A stretch of DNA of 64,000 nucleotides from a virus (Duplodnaviria > Heunggongvirae > Uroviricota > Caudoviricetes): positions 19,562-83,561 of IMG/VR virus record IMGVR_UViG_3300028887_000096. One strand, 5' to 3'. The number at the start of each line of letters is the position of its first letter. Positions within the stretch are counted from its first letter, which is position 1. The position numbers and the translations under genes are program-made. Under the pieces are notes generated by a model that ran no database searches, was not told the DNA's origin, and saw nothing but the letters and a program-made list of their open reading frames with translations. Shown here piece by piece: positions 46,186 to 55,693 of this stretch.

Positions 46186-46258
46186 ACGGGTGTGGCGAAA
46201 TTGGTATCGCAATAGACTTTTAATCTATGGGCTGCGGGTTCGATCCCCGTCACCCGTA
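46186..46258 (+). tRNA. tRNA-Lys(TTT)
   Basis: Anticodon arm ATAGA-CTTTTAA-TCTAT, T-arm GCGGGTTCGATCCCCGT. Confidence 0.75.
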
Positions 46259-46263
46259 TAACT

Positions 46264-46337
46264 GGGGCCATAGTTCAGTTGGATAGAACGCCGGCTTGTC
46301 ACGCCGGAAATCGCGGGTTCGAGCCCCGCTGGTCCCG
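46264..46337 (+). tRNA. tRNA-Asp(GTC)
   Basis: Anticodon arm CCGGC-TTGTCAC-GCCGG. Confidence 0.8.
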
Positions 46338-46341
46338 CTAC

Positions 46342-46415
46342 GGTGCCGTAGCTCAGTTGGACAGAGCAGCCGTCTTCTAAACGGCCGGTCGAATGTTCGA
46401 CTCATTCCGGCATCA
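46342..46415 (+). tRNA. tRNA-Arg(TCT)
   Basis: Anticodon arm GCCGT-CTTCTAA-ACGGC. Confidence 0.75.
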
Positions 46416-46426
46416 CGCTTTTTTCG

Positions 46427-46499
46427 GCGTATAGCGCAGTTGGTAGCGCACATGCTTCGGGAGCATGGGGTCGCTGGTTCGAGTCCAGCTACGCCGACT
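46427..46499 (+). tRNA. tRNA-Pro(CGG)
   Basis: Anticodon arm CATGC-TTCGGGA-GCATG. Confidence 0.75.
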
Positions 46500-46509
46500 A
46501 GACTTTCCG

Positions 46510-46582
46510 GGGTGTAGCTCAGATGGTAGAGCGCCTGCTTTGGGAGCAGGATGTCGCAGGTTCGAGCCCTGCTACCCCGATA
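46510..46582 (+). tRNA. tRNA-Pro(TGG)
   Basis: Anticodon arm CCTGC-TTTGGGA-GCAGG. Confidence 0.75.
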
Positions 46583-46585
46583 TGC

Positions 46586-46658
46586 CGTCGTAGCTCAGTT
46601 GGTAGAGCAGCGCACCTGTAATGCGCCGGTCGCTGGTTCGAGGCCGGCCGACGGCTTA
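46586..46658 (+). tRNA. tRNA-Thr(TGT), with C33
   Basis: Anticodon arm GCGCA-CCTGTAA-TGCGC. Position 33 is C, which is unusual. Confidence 0.6.
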
Positions 46659-46661
46659 TGC

Positions 46662-46733
46662 CGGGTTAGCTCAGTGGTAGAGCAGGGCTTTCGTAAAGCT
46701 CAGGTCGCAGGTTCGAGCCCTGCACCCGGCTCT
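46662..46733 (+). tRNA. tRNA-Thr(CGT)
   Basis: Anticodon arm GGGCT-TTCGTAA-AGCTC. Confidence 0.7.
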
Positions 46734-46735
46734 CG

Positions 46736-46750
46736 CTTTTTGCTATATTT
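46736..46750 (+). promoter_or_regulatory. Promoter motif directly after the tRNA array
   Basis: TTTGCTATATTTCAAGC-ATG for the Nif3 gene. Confidence 0.55.
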
Positions 46751-46755
46751 CAAGC

Positions 46756-47595
46756 ATGAAGCAATCCGAATTTACCAGACTACTTGACTGTTTCGTCGTG
46801 CACGAAGGTTCGCACGACAAGAAACCCCTCGAAGACTACTGCCATACCGGCCTCCTCGTTGACGCCAAGGGCGACCCGAATGCCGAAATCAAGCATGTCG
46901 TCACCGGCGTCAGCCTCCGCAAGGAACTCATCCTCCGCGCAATCGAACAGAAGGCCGACGCAATCATCGTCCATCACCCGAACGGCTTCTGGAAATCCGA
47001 GAAGGACAAGCGCCTCATCGGTACCCACGGCGAATACATGCGCCTCCTCATCCAGAACGGCATCAGCCTCTACGGCTACCACCTCCACCTCGACCGTCAT
47101 TTCCTGGTGGGCAACAACTATACCATTGGCCGTCTCATCCAGTTCGAGGATCCGCAGAGACGCATGACTTTCACTACGTTCCTCGACGGCATCGGCGTCA
47201 TGTTCGACGGCTGCCCGGCAAAGGAAACGATCGACAACGTGTTCCCGAACGGCTGGAACGTGGCGGGCGACCCGGAAATGGTGCAGCGCCTGACCGACAC
47301 GTCCGTTGACAAGAAGTTCGCCGTATGTTCCGGCAGCTGCGGTCCGTCCGGTCTCGAAGAGGCCAAGATGCTCGGCGCCGACGTGCTCGTCACCGGAGAA
47401 ATCCGCGAATCCATGCCGATCTACGCCGAAGAGCACGGCATGGCGATTATCTACGCCGGCCACCACCGTTCCGAAATCTTCTGTGTCCAGTTCCTCGCCG
47501 ACTACATCATGGGCGCCGGCCAGTTCGAGGGCATGGCGGACGACCGTTTCAAGGGCGTCACCGCGGAATTCATCGACATCGACAATCCTGTATAA
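46756..47595 (+). CDS. Nif3-family (DUF34) dinuclear-metal protein
   Basis: ADAIIVHHPNGFW and downstream His/Glu-rich motifs typical of NIF3/YqfO. Promoter motif at about 46736-46750. Confidence 0.6.
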   Translation: MKQSEFTRLLDCFVVHEGSHDKKPLEDYCHTGLLVDAKGDPNAEIKHVVTGVSLRKELILRAIEQKADAIIVHHPNGFWKSEKDKRLIGTHGEYMRLLIQNGISLYGYHLHLDRHFLVGNNYTIGRLIQFEDPQRRMTFTTFLDGIGVMFDGCPAKETIDNVFPNGWNVAGDPEMVQRLTDTSVDKKFAVCSGSCGPSGLEEAKMLGADVLVTGEIRESMPIYAEEHGMAIIYAGHHRSEIFCVQFLADYIMGAGQFEGMADDRFKGVTAEFIDIDNPV

Positions 47596-48086
47596 TGACC
47601 GAAGAACAGTTCATCTCCATCCTCCCGCTGTTCCGCGGGACGCCCAAGCAGGTAAAGGCTGCGCTTGCGCCATACCCGGAAATCCACCGTATCGACATCG
47701 GCGTGATTCGCAAGATTCTGGGTTACACCGGCGAGCCGACCAAGACCAACGGGACGCCCGAAGTCCTTGCCGAGATGGTGGACAGGTACCGCAACGGGGA
47801 GGGGACGCTGCGCGGCCTCGCCGTCGAGTACCACGTCGCGCCCAAGACGTTCCAGCGGGCCTTGCACAAGGCGGGGTTCGACACCTCCAGGCAGGATACG
47901 TGGACCACCATAAAGGAAAAGCGCTTCCTGAAATACATTTCCGACGGGATGAGCTATACCGCGATCGCAAAACTGTTCAACATTAGCGTCTCGGCGGTGT
48001 CCCAGAAGGCCCACCGTCTCGGGGTTCCCAATGTCAAGCCGGGCCATCCCTGCAAGTTCAAGGGTGTGCGGCTGAGCAAGAAATAA
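47595..48086 (+). CDS. Putative DNA-binding protein with two HTH motifs
   Basis: GTLRGLAVEYHVAPKTFQRALHKAG and GMSYTAIAKLFNISVSAVSQKAHRLG resemble LuxR/sigma region-4-type HTH. Start reassigned to MTEEQFIS. Confidence 0.5.
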   Translation: MTEEQFISILPLFRGTPKQVKAALAPYPEIHRIDIGVIRKILGYTGEPTKTNGTPEVLAEMVDRYRNGEGTLRGLAVEYHVAPKTFQRALHKAGFDTSRQDTWTTIKEKRFLKYISDGMSYTAIAKLFNISVSAVSQKAHRLGVPNVKPGHPCKFKGVRLSKK

Positions 48087-48134
48087 CTATTCACTCTCTA
48101 ACGGGCTGCTCGGAAGGCAGCAAAGGATAACAAA

Positions 48135-48962
48135 ATGGATATTCAGCTCCAAAAGCACAACGAAAAGGTTCCTGACAGCATCATGGAACATGTCCGCCGG
48201 GTCCCGACAAAGAACCTTTCCGAGCTCAACGCGGAACTCGCTCCGCTCGGCTTCGCCGCAATCGAAGTCGTCCAGGGCAAGGTTGACTGGAAGAACGACA
48301 CCACCCCGTATCCGAAGCCGGACCACTACATGGAAATCTTCGAAATCCATGACTATGTTGACCGCATGGTCGGCATCGCGCTCGAAAAGCCGGACGACGC
48401 CCGCGACCTTGTCACCAAGCTCCGCGGACTTCGCGAAACGCTCAAAAGCTGGGGTGCGAACGAAGGGGTCATCCGTTATGCACTTCCTTCCGCATGCAGG
48501 GAACGCGTCGCAAGCGATGCCGGCTTCATCAACAATATCACGGTCAAGGACATCCTGGCCAAGATTGAAGAGCTCCGCAAGGTCGCGGTACAGCTCCGCG
48601 CTCTCGACGGCGTGAAGGCTGCCGATGAAATGGCGTTAAAGTTCGCCGGCAAGTGGATCAAGCTCCATGAAAACTGCTATGGCAAGGTAAAGGACGTGGT
48701 GTCGTGCAACAACGACACTTTCGCCCAGGTTACCGGCGAAAAGTATGGCGTCGAACTCGATCTCGTTGTCGAACGGAGCAATACGGACAATTATCTCTCC
48801 CTCGACGACAAGAACGACATGGCATATCCGGTCCGCCTTGAAGATGCAGTGGAAGTCGCCCCGCACGACGTCCGCCAGATGGTGTGGGAATGGGAATCCC
48901 GTTTCGACCAGCACCGCAAGGATTTCCGCGACAAGTTCGATGCGGCCTGCGTGGGGAGGTAG
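48135..48962 (+). CDS. Hypothetical protein
   Basis: Protein-like composition, GC3 codons. Confidence 0.6.
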   Translation: MDIQLQKHNEKVPDSIMEHVRRVPTKNLSELNAELAPLGFAAIEVVQGKVDWKNDTTPYPKPDHYMEIFEIHDYVDRMVGIALEKPDDARDLVTKLRGLRETLKSWGANEGVIRYALPSACRERVASDAGFINNITVKDILAKIEELRKVAVQLRALDGVKAADEMALKFAGKWIKLHENCYGKVKDVVSCNNDTFAQVTGEKYGVELDLVVERSNTDNYLSLDDKNDMAYPVRLEDAVEVAPHDVRQMVWEWESRFDQHRKDFRDKFDAACVGR

Positions 48963-48964
48963 TC

Positions 48965-49417
48965 ATGCTTAAGTCGAAGCTCGGCGTCATGGACACGCAG
49001 TCCGGCGAAATCAAGTGGACCGGCGAGCAGGACGTCGCGGAAACGGTCGAGTTCCTGGTCGAGAAGGGCGAGATGAAGGCTACATTCTGGCCCGACAAGG
49101 GTCCGATGTCGTCGGTCAAGGAGTTGCTTGACGCCTTGAAACCGTTGCGCGAACGCGTCCTTTCCCCGCGAGGGACGATCGAAGTCCTTACCAAGGGCAA
49201 GATGACGTGCTACAAGTACGGCGTCCCCCGCAAGGAAGACGGCAGGGAAGTGCAGGACCTGACCATGACGGTGATTACGGGCAAGGTGGTAATCAGTGTC
49301 GGGGACCGCATCCGCCCGATCCGCGCAATCGAAAAGAAACAATTAAAGGCCGCCATGCGGCAAAGGATAGCAAGGAGAGAACCATGCTTAAGAATACCAT
49401 TATCATCTGTGCGCTAG
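48965..49417 (+). CDS. Hypothetical protein
   Basis: Start reassigned to MLKSKLGV. Confidence 0.5.
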   Translation: MLKSKLGVMDTQSGEIKWTGEQDVAETVEFLVEKGEMKATFWPDKGPMSSVKELLDALKPLRERVLSPRGTIEVLTKGKMTCYKYGVPRKEDGREVQDLTMTVITGKVVISVGDRIRPIRAIEKKQLKAAMRQRIARREPCLRIPLSSVR

Positions 49418-49692
49418 TCGCAGCATCGGCATTTGCCGACCTTTGTGCCGATTTCGTCGTGGTCAACATCGCCACGAACGATACGACCCTCCACTTCTCC
49501 CAGAAGGGCCTCAACAAGGGCGACGTTACCAACGGCGACTGCCATTACGAAACCGACTGGTTCGGTAGCGGCGTGCAGTGGCGATGCGAGAACATGTACC
49601 TTATCAAGGACGGCCAGTCCCTCTACATCCCCAAGCGCAACGGGGAGTTCTCGCAGAAGCAGTTCACGTTCGCCTGCGAAAGCATCTGGTAG
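49384..49692 (+). CDS. Secreted small protein (signal peptide)
   Basis: MLKNTIIICALVAASAFA signal-like N-terminus. AGGAGA RBS. Confidence 0.55.
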   Translation: MLKNTIIICALVAASAFADLCADFVVVNIATNDTTLHFSQKGLNKGDVTNGDCHYETDWFGSGVQWRCENMYLIKDGQSLYIPKRNGEFSQKQFTFACESIW

Positions 49693-49720
49693 GACTTATC
49701 CGATAGAGAGAGAAACAACA

Positions 49721-49750
49721 AGCCCCGGCTTCTGCCGGGGCTTTCATGTT
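49721..49750. terminator. Bidirectional rho-independent terminator
   Basis: AGCCCCGGC-TTCT-GCCGGGGCT followed by TTCATGTT. Confidence 0.65.
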
Positions 49751-50564
49751 ATTTGACGCGCTTGATGAACTTTTCCTCGTATTTGTCGAGCAGTGCCCGT
49801 TTCTTGTCGTCGATGGGGTAGCGTTCGCAGCCCTTGGGCTTCATGAACCTGACCAACGCGCGGATGAAATCGGGCGTCACCGTCTCGTAGTGCCTGAACG
49901 GGGATTTGAACCTATCCAGGAGCCTCTCGAAGGCGTCCACGGTATACTTGCTGTCCTCGGAAGCGGCTTTCCATACAGTCTGCATTTCCCCGAGGACGTT
50001 GTTGGTGTCGTGGTAGCCGTACATGAAGCCGAGGTCTTTCAGCTTGCCTTCGTAGGGGTCGTCGAGTTCGCAGTTGGTGTCGTTGACGATATAGCGGACG
50101 CAGTCGCGGTATTTCCCCTTCGTGTCAAACGCAATGCCATGGATTTCGACGAACTCGATACTCCTGACGCGGATGGTGTGGTCCTCGCGGTCAATCTCGA
50201 CGTCCGGGAAGAAGTTCTCTCCCCACCCGTCAGAAATCTGTCCGTCGAGGTAGTCCACGACTTCCTGGGTGAACGTGTAGAAGTTCGCCATCTCGTCCGC
50301 GGTGACGGTGAAGCATACGTAGAGCTTCTTGTCGCGGGCGCTGACGTGGGTCGTGATTTCCCTGATTACGTTGCCCTTGCTGGTGTCCCCCTCGTGGAGG
50401 CAGTCGGCGAGCGAGGGTGCGCAGGAGAACGCGATGACTTCCTTGTCGCATTCGAGCTCCTCGATTATTTCGAGCAGTTTCCAGTGGGGCGGGTCGATTT
50501 CATCGTCGTCGGACCTGCGGGTGAACGTGAGCGGGGCGAAAAATTTGAGTTGGTGCTGTATCAT
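49749..50564 (-). CDS. Hypothetical protein
   Basis: Start reassigned to MIQHQLK, downstream of the minus-orientation promoter motif. Confidence 0.6.
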   Translation of the reverse strand: MIQHQLKFFAPLTFTRRSDDDEIDPPHWKLLEIIEELECDKEVIAFSCAPSLADCLHEGDTSKGNVIREITTHVSARDKKLYVCFTVTADEMANFYTFTQEVVDYLDGQISDGWGENFFPDVEIDREDHTIRVRSIEFVEIHGIAFDTKGKYRDCVRYIVNDTNCELDDPYEGKLKDLGFMYGYHDTNNVLGEMQTVWKAASEDSKYTVDAFERLLDRFKSPFRHYETVTPDFIRALVRFMKPKGCERYPIDDKKRALLDKYEEKFIKRVK

Positions 50565-50580
50565 TGTAAAACCTCTGCAA

Positions 50581-50615
50581 TAAAATATAGCAAACTCGCG
50601 CATTTTGCTATATTT
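50581..50615. promoter_or_regulatory. Divergent promoter pair
   Basis: AAAATATAGCAAA ... TTTTGCTATATTTC. Confidence 0.6.
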
Positions 50616-50681
50616 CATGACATGGATATTTACTTAATTACGGCGAGTGCGCACTGATGCTCGAACCGGCATGAGGCATAT

Positions 50682-51248
50682 ATGGAAGCACACAACATTC
50701 TTGTCACTGTCCATGGCCATGAATACAGCGTCAAGCAGAAAAACGGTGGTTGGTGCGTATTTCCGACCCCGTTGCATGCGGACGATGAAATCGAAGTCCT
50801 GCGCAAGGCCAACCGGACGGTCAACGGCTATTACGAATCCCTCCAGGGTTCCATCATTTACATGGAAGGACTTGGCTCGGCAACCCGCATCACGATGCAG
50901 GTCGCCAAGCTGATCGGGGATTTCCTTGCCAACATCGTCATCGACGAGGACCCGACCCGGTCCGGGTACGACACTGCATATTCCCCGAAAATCGTGTTCC
51001 ATAATCGGGACGAGTTCGAAATTATCAGGAAGCGCCCCAATGCCGCTGCCCCGCTGGGCCTGCGGGCGCTCTTTACGCCCACCGAGAGCACGATGTTCCC
51101 GAACGGCAAGCCGGGATGGAACATCACTATCGACACGGGGACCGGGGCAAAGGCCGCGGACCGGCTGCATGCGTGGCTCCCGTCTTCCGACCCGGCGGTG
51201 GGCCGGCTTATCGACTATATCAACCGTTATACGCGAATGGAGAGATAA
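50682..51248 (+). CDS. Hypothetical protein
   Basis: Promoter motif at 50602-50615. Confidence 0.55.
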   Translation: MEAHNILVTVHGHEYSVKQKNGGWCVFPTPLHADDEIEVLRKANRTVNGYYESLQGSIIYMEGLGSATRITMQVAKLIGDFLANIVIDEDPTRSGYDTAYSPKIVFHNRDEFEIIRKRPNAAAPLGLRALFTPTESTMFPNGKPGWNITIDTGTGAKAADRLHAWLPSSDPAVGRLIDYINRYTRMER

Positions 51249-51250
51249 CC

Positions 51251-51820
51251 ATGGCATCTACAGAAGAAATGCACGCAGAATATGTCGCCCAGGCGGCAAA
51301 GAACATCAACTTCGAGTTCATCCCGGCAATGCTCAGCAGGCCGGTAGACAAGACCACGAATGTACCGGAACTGCACTGGGAGCAGGACATGAGCGAGTTC
51401 CCGTCGGACGATCCACGTGCAATGGGCTACCATATCGGCAAGTTCCATGCAAAGTTCGTCCGCAAGTTCAGCGATGTCAACAAGTCGCACATTGAACTGG
51501 TCCTCGTGTTCGAGGAAAACACCTTCGAAGGCTTCCTGCACCCGGACTACCAGGTAATCATCAACATGGAAACGGACGCGTTCACCAAGTATCGCGTCAC
51601 CTACAACCCGAAGACCGAAAAGCTGGAACTCGAACGTCTCGCCGAGAACGTCACCGTCGAGCTGCATAGCGTGGCCGAGATGAAACGCCTTCTGGCCAAC
51701 ATCCCGGACGACTACCACATCGGTGTCACCATCGGCGGCATCAATCTGCCGTGCGAAGTGACCGGCATCAAGGTGAACCCGAAAATGAAGCGGGTCATGC
51801 TCATTTACGGAACACCATAG
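51251..51820 (+). CDS. Hypothetical protein
   Basis: Start reassigned to MASTEEMH. Confidence 0.55.
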   Translation: MASTEEMHAEYVAQAAKNINFEFIPAMLSRPVDKTTNVPELHWEQDMSEFPSDDPRAMGYHIGKFHAKFVRKFSDVNKSHIELVLVFEENTFEGFLHPDYQVIINMETDAFTKYRVTYNPKTEKLELERLAENVTVELHSVAEMKRLLANIPDDYHIGVTIGGINLPCEVTGIKVNPKMKRVMLIYGTP

Positions 51821-51830
51821 GAGAAATCAC

Positions 51831-52463
51831 ATGGCTAATGAACAACCCTGGATCACAATGGACCAGTTCGACGCGATATGCACCCATTACGGGCTGTCGC
51901 TCAGGTGTTTTGACGGGGAGCATCCCCAGTGGATGTCGTCCGGCGTCATAGTGTCCCCCGTCATCGAGGGCGGGGAGGCTACGTTCTGCACGTTCGACGC
52001 GGCCAACGACATGTTCCACGAACCGCACGTAAGTTTCTACAACGCGCTCTTGAAGGAGAACGCTACCGGCAAGTACATGACGAACGACATCTGTCTCGGC
52101 GGGTGCCCCACCTGCATCGAGAACATGGAAGACCTTTCCCGCGCCTGCTGCACCGTCATGAAGCGCATCAAGTGGTTGGAGGAACACCCGGACTTCCGCC
52201 CGAAGGCTATCCAGATCTACGAATACGAGCGCATGAAGGTGAAAACCAAGGTTTCCGACCTCATGGCAGGCGAGGAAATCTGCGTGGGCTTCCATGACGA
52301 GATTCCGTTCCGCGTAATCAACATCAGGCCGGTTGATGACCAGAAGAAACAGGTGGAAGTCGAAATTGAAAGGCTGTTCACCGGAGAGCGCGAGAAGGTC
52401 CGCGTGTCCCCGGAGGCATCCGTAACCGCAATGAGGAGAGCATGGAAGAACGAAAATTCGTAA
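51831..52463 (+). CDS. Hypothetical protein
   Basis: Protein-like composition. Confidence 0.55.
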   Translation: MANEQPWITMDQFDAICTHYGLSLRCFDGEHPQWMSSGVIVSPVIEGGEATFCTFDAANDMFHEPHVSFYNALLKENATGKYMTNDICLGGCPTCIENMEDLSRACCTVMKRIKWLEEHPDFRPKAIQIYEYERMKVKTKVSDLMAGEEICVGFHDEIPFRVINIRPVDDQKKQVEVEIERLFTGEREKVRVSPEASVTAMRRAWKNENS

Positions 52464-53344
52464 TCGGCGATGACCAGGAGCTTATCGCCCGCGGGAAGCA
52501 AATCTGGGAAGACGCCAAGAAGGCGCCGCTCGAAAACAAGGAGGAAGGCAAGGATGTCGTGGGTGAAGGCGACCCGAGGCTGATTGCCCGCTATCTCGCA
52601 TTTTCCGCATTATCGTGCAACTGGGAAGGACAGGTTCTGAACGGACTGTTCGGCATATTCCGTCATCTCTGCAAGCCGGCAGACGACCTGGTCCATGCGC
52701 GTCTCGACAAGATCGGGGACAGGCATGACGATGGCAGGTACTGGGACCATGCGTTTTGGATGATGGCCTTCTGCGAGGACAACTGGCCGGCTATCCAGGC
52801 GGACTGGAACCGTCGCCAGGCGGAAGAAAAGAAGAAGCGGGAAGCCAACGCCGCGAAATGCAGGGAATACAACGAAAAGTATGTCCGCTACATCATCAAG
52901 CCGTCCAAGCTGACCGGCGAGTATTACGCAAGCCGGTTATGTACCGAAAAGAAGACTGACGCGGAAGTCAACGAAATTATTGCGGAGTCCCATGACCGTA
53001 AGCTCTACAAGAACCGCGCCGAGGCCGAACAGGCCTGCAAGGAGGCCATGGATGCCGAGCGCAACCCGCGCATGATTGGCGCCCGTATCGACACCTATGT
53101 CGGCCATGCCATCAAGGACCCGCATAACGCGAAGTTCCGCGAAGACAATATTGCCAAGCTCAAGAAGATGATGGGGCGGAACAAGGACGCCGATGCAGCA
53201 ATCGAGAAGTCGCTCGTCTATATCAACGCCTTTGTTGAATATTACACGACGCTCGAAGCAATCAACCCGGAACTGGAATCGGTCGATTCATGCAGCGGGC
53301 TCCGTCATGACGACAACACGCCGTTTGAAGACGATTTCGACTGA
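52442..53344 (+). CDS. Hypothetical protein
   Basis: Overlaps the upstream gene by 22 nt. Confidence 0.55.
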   Translation: MEERKFVIGDDQELIARGKQIWEDAKKAPLENKEEGKDVVGEGDPRLIARYLAFSALSCNWEGQVLNGLFGIFRHLCKPADDLVHARLDKIGDRHDDGRYWDHAFWMMAFCEDNWPAIQADWNRRQAEEKKKREANAAKCREYNEKYVRYIIKPSKLTGEYYASRLCTEKKTDAEVNEIIAESHDRKLYKNRAEAEQACKEAMDAERNPRMIGARIDTYVGHAIKDPHNAKFREDNIAKLKKMMGRNKDADAAIEKSLVYINAFVEYYTTLEAINPELESVDSCSGLRHDDNTPFEDDFD

Positions 53345-53354
53345 CGGGGGCAAC

Positions 53355-53546
53355 ATGCAGCAACCAGTCCTTGACCAGATTGTGGGGTGCCCGCGGTTTA
53401 CCGAGATGCTCAATTCAGATGCCGCCAAGAAGATTGTGCCTGTCAAGCCCCAGGCAGGCGATGCGGGTCTCGCGAAGGCGCTCCGTGACATCAATTCGCA
53501 GAACCCGTGGGAGACGGCAACACGGTTTTCCAGAGGTGAAAAATGA
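53355..53546 (+). CDS. Small hypothetical protein
   Basis: Start reassigned to MQQPVLD. Confidence 0.4.
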   Translation: MQQPVLDQIVGCPRFTEMLNSDAAKKIVPVKPQAGDAGLAKALRDINSQNPWETATRFSRGEK

Positions 53547-54031
53547 CACCAGCAGACTGTTTCGGACAGAGATACTTGGCAGCCGATCCCGGGTTTCCGG
53601 CTAAGTTCGAGTTCAGACCGAAGAACGTCGAGAGCACCCCCTGGCTGCAGAACGCGAACTGCGTTTACCGGCTCTTCAAGGTATATCCGTCCTGCAAGTG
53701 GCTGGTCGGGTATTACGAGACGCTCGGCGAGGCCAAGCGGGAGACTTTATATCTTGACCGGTTCGAAAGCGAACCTGTCGAGATTTCATACGAGGCCGAG
53801 GAAATCCCCCTCCAGCTGGTGCCGGAGGAAGTCAGGAACCGCTGGAAACGAGAGGCGGAGGAAGCCCGGTTGGCCGAAGAACGGGCAAAGAGGCCATATC
53901 CGATTCCCCTGGTGCGCCAGGGTTGGCCGAAACTGTCACTGACACCGCCCAGTGCCAAGGAACTGATTGCCGAGGCAAACCGGTGGGCGCAATCGCGCTC
54001 CATCAAGAAACCACAAGGGAGACCCATCTAA
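53543..54031 (+). CDS. Hypothetical protein
   Basis: ATGA overlap. Confidence 0.55.
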   Translation: MTPADCFGQRYLAADPGFPAKFEFRPKNVESTPWLQNANCVYRLFKVYPSCKWLVGYYETLGEAKRETLYLDRFESEPVEISYEAEEIPLQLVPEEVRNRWKREAEEARLAEERAKRPYPIPLVRQGWPKLSLTPPSAKELIAEANRWAQSRSIKKPQGRPI

Positions 54032-54708
54032 TGGACATGCTGAAATTCGTGAAGTCGATCGTGGAACAGGGCGGCTATGTCCTCCCCAAGCATCTCGCCG
54101 ACTACTATAAGGACGCGTACAATCCGTCATCTAGGTCCGATTTCAATATTACTGAGCGCGGTGAATATATTGGCGGCGTATCGTTTGCTTTCATAGACCG
54201 GCCCTATGTCATGTTCAATTTCCACCTGATACATAACGTTGACTATTCGTGCGACGAGAAAATCAGGAATGTCTTTGCGGGCGAACCGACATTATTCAAC
54301 GCGCATATCAATGGCGCTTCGGTCTATACCAACTACATGCTGGTGAAGGAAAAGTACCTGGATTTCATCGCGCTGGGAAAGAAATACTATAACATCGACT
54401 ATCCCGATACGCCGGAGGCGAAACTGGCAATGCTTCGACGGCGCGGTGGCAGGCCGTTTGACAAGAAACTGCAGGCCGTTTACAAGAAGCGCAAGAAGGA
54501 AGCCGTCGCGATTGTCGAGGACTTCATGAAGTCCTTCTACAAGCGCTACCCCTACATGGTGGAATATGACCGCAGGTGGTCTAAGATGAGCGGTTCCGAC
54601 CGTTTCCACTACCTCATGCGTGATACCGCCCTCCTCAACGAGATGGGGCTTAAGTTCAACGACGGCGAAAAATACAGCATCCACATGTTCAGCAGGATTA
54701 CGAAATGA
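54031..54708 (+). CDS. Hypothetical protein
   Basis: Start MDMLKFV overlaps the upstream stop. Confidence 0.55.
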   Translation: MDMLKFVKSIVEQGGYVLPKHLADYYKDAYNPSSRSDFNITERGEYIGGVSFAFIDRPYVMFNFHLIHNVDYSCDEKIRNVFAGEPTLFNAHINGASVYTNYMLVKEKYLDFIALGKKYYNIDYPDTPEAKLAMLRRRGGRPFDKKLQAVYKKRKKEAVAIVEDFMKSFYKRYPYMVEYDRRWSKMSGSDRFHYLMRDTALLNEMGLKFNDGEKYSIHMFSRITK

Positions 54709-55595
54709 AAGACGTTACACCCATGACCATTTTCGGCAAGGAGTTCCAGGTATATACCGGCTCCTGCTGCTCCGCCGGATCCGCGAAGCGCACGCTGTAT
54801 GTCGAGGTTACCGACATGTGCAACGCGAAGTGCGGCTTCTGTTCCCTTGCCAAGACAGGCGGCGCCAAGAAGCGCAACGTCCTGGATCCGGGCGTGCTGT
54901 GGCTCTGCCTCGACGAGCTGGTGAAGGCCGGCGCAATCGACCGCGTGTCCCTCACCGGCGGGGAACCCCTTCTCCCGGGTAACGACAGGCTCTATGGGCT
55001 GTTCGACACGCTCGAGCAGAGCGGCATCGACTACTACGCGCTGACCACGAACGGGACGTTCCTGGAACGGTCCCTTCCCGTCCTCGATAAACGCCCGAAG
55101 CTGAAATACGTGAACGTCAGCCGTCACAGCTTCAGCAACGCGCAGAACCGGGAGATTTTCGGGACCGACGTCCCGGACATCATCGACGTGGGGAGGCTGT
55201 TCTCGATGCTCGACAACGGGAAGCGCAAGTTCCGGCTCAACTGCACGATCACGAACGACATTTCCCGAGTGTGGCTCGACAACTACCTGAACATCGCCAT
55301 GAAGCACGGCATCGACAACTTCCTGTTCCGCGCGGAGTATTTCGGCGGTGCGCCGAGGCATATCAAGGACATGTTCGGGTCGATGCTTGGCGGATTAAAG
55401 GAGTCTACCAAGTGCCGGTGCTTCTACGGGTTCATCGGCGGGGCCAAGGTGGAGTTCCGCGCGGTGGATGCCCGCAGGGAGTTCGAGATCGAGCTTGAGC
55501 ATAAATACATCCGCAACTTTGTCCTGCACAGCGACGGTAAGTTGCGCGGAGGGTGGTCCGACGAGGCCGTCCTCATTGCCGACCTGTCTGTTTAG
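54705..55595 (+). CDS. Radical SAM enzyme (viperin/MoaA-like CNAKCGFC core)
   Basis: CNAKCGFCSLAKT (CxxxCxxC), SLTGGEPLL (GGE SAM motif), LTTNGT. Confidence 0.65.
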   Translation: MKDVTPMTIFGKEFQVYTGSCCSAGSAKRTLYVEVTDMCNAKCGFCSLAKTGGAKKRNVLDPGVLWLCLDELVKAGAIDRVSLTGGEPLLPGNDRLYGLFDTLEQSGIDYYALTTNGTFLERSLPVLDKRPKLKYVNVSRHSFSNAQNREIFGTDVPDIIDVGRLFSMLDNGKRKFRLNCTITNDISRVWLDNYLNIAMKHGIDNFLFRAEYFGGAPRHIKDMFGSMLGGLKESTKCRCFYGFIGGAKVEFRAVDARREFEIELEHKYIRNFVLHSDGKLRGGWSDEAVLIADLSV

Positions 55596-55693
55596 AAAAT
55601 TTTACAGTCGATTTTTAAAAATTAGTATCAATTTTTGAAATCCGAAACCTAATTTTATAAGGTAAACATGTTCCAGACAGAACCGAGGCATCT

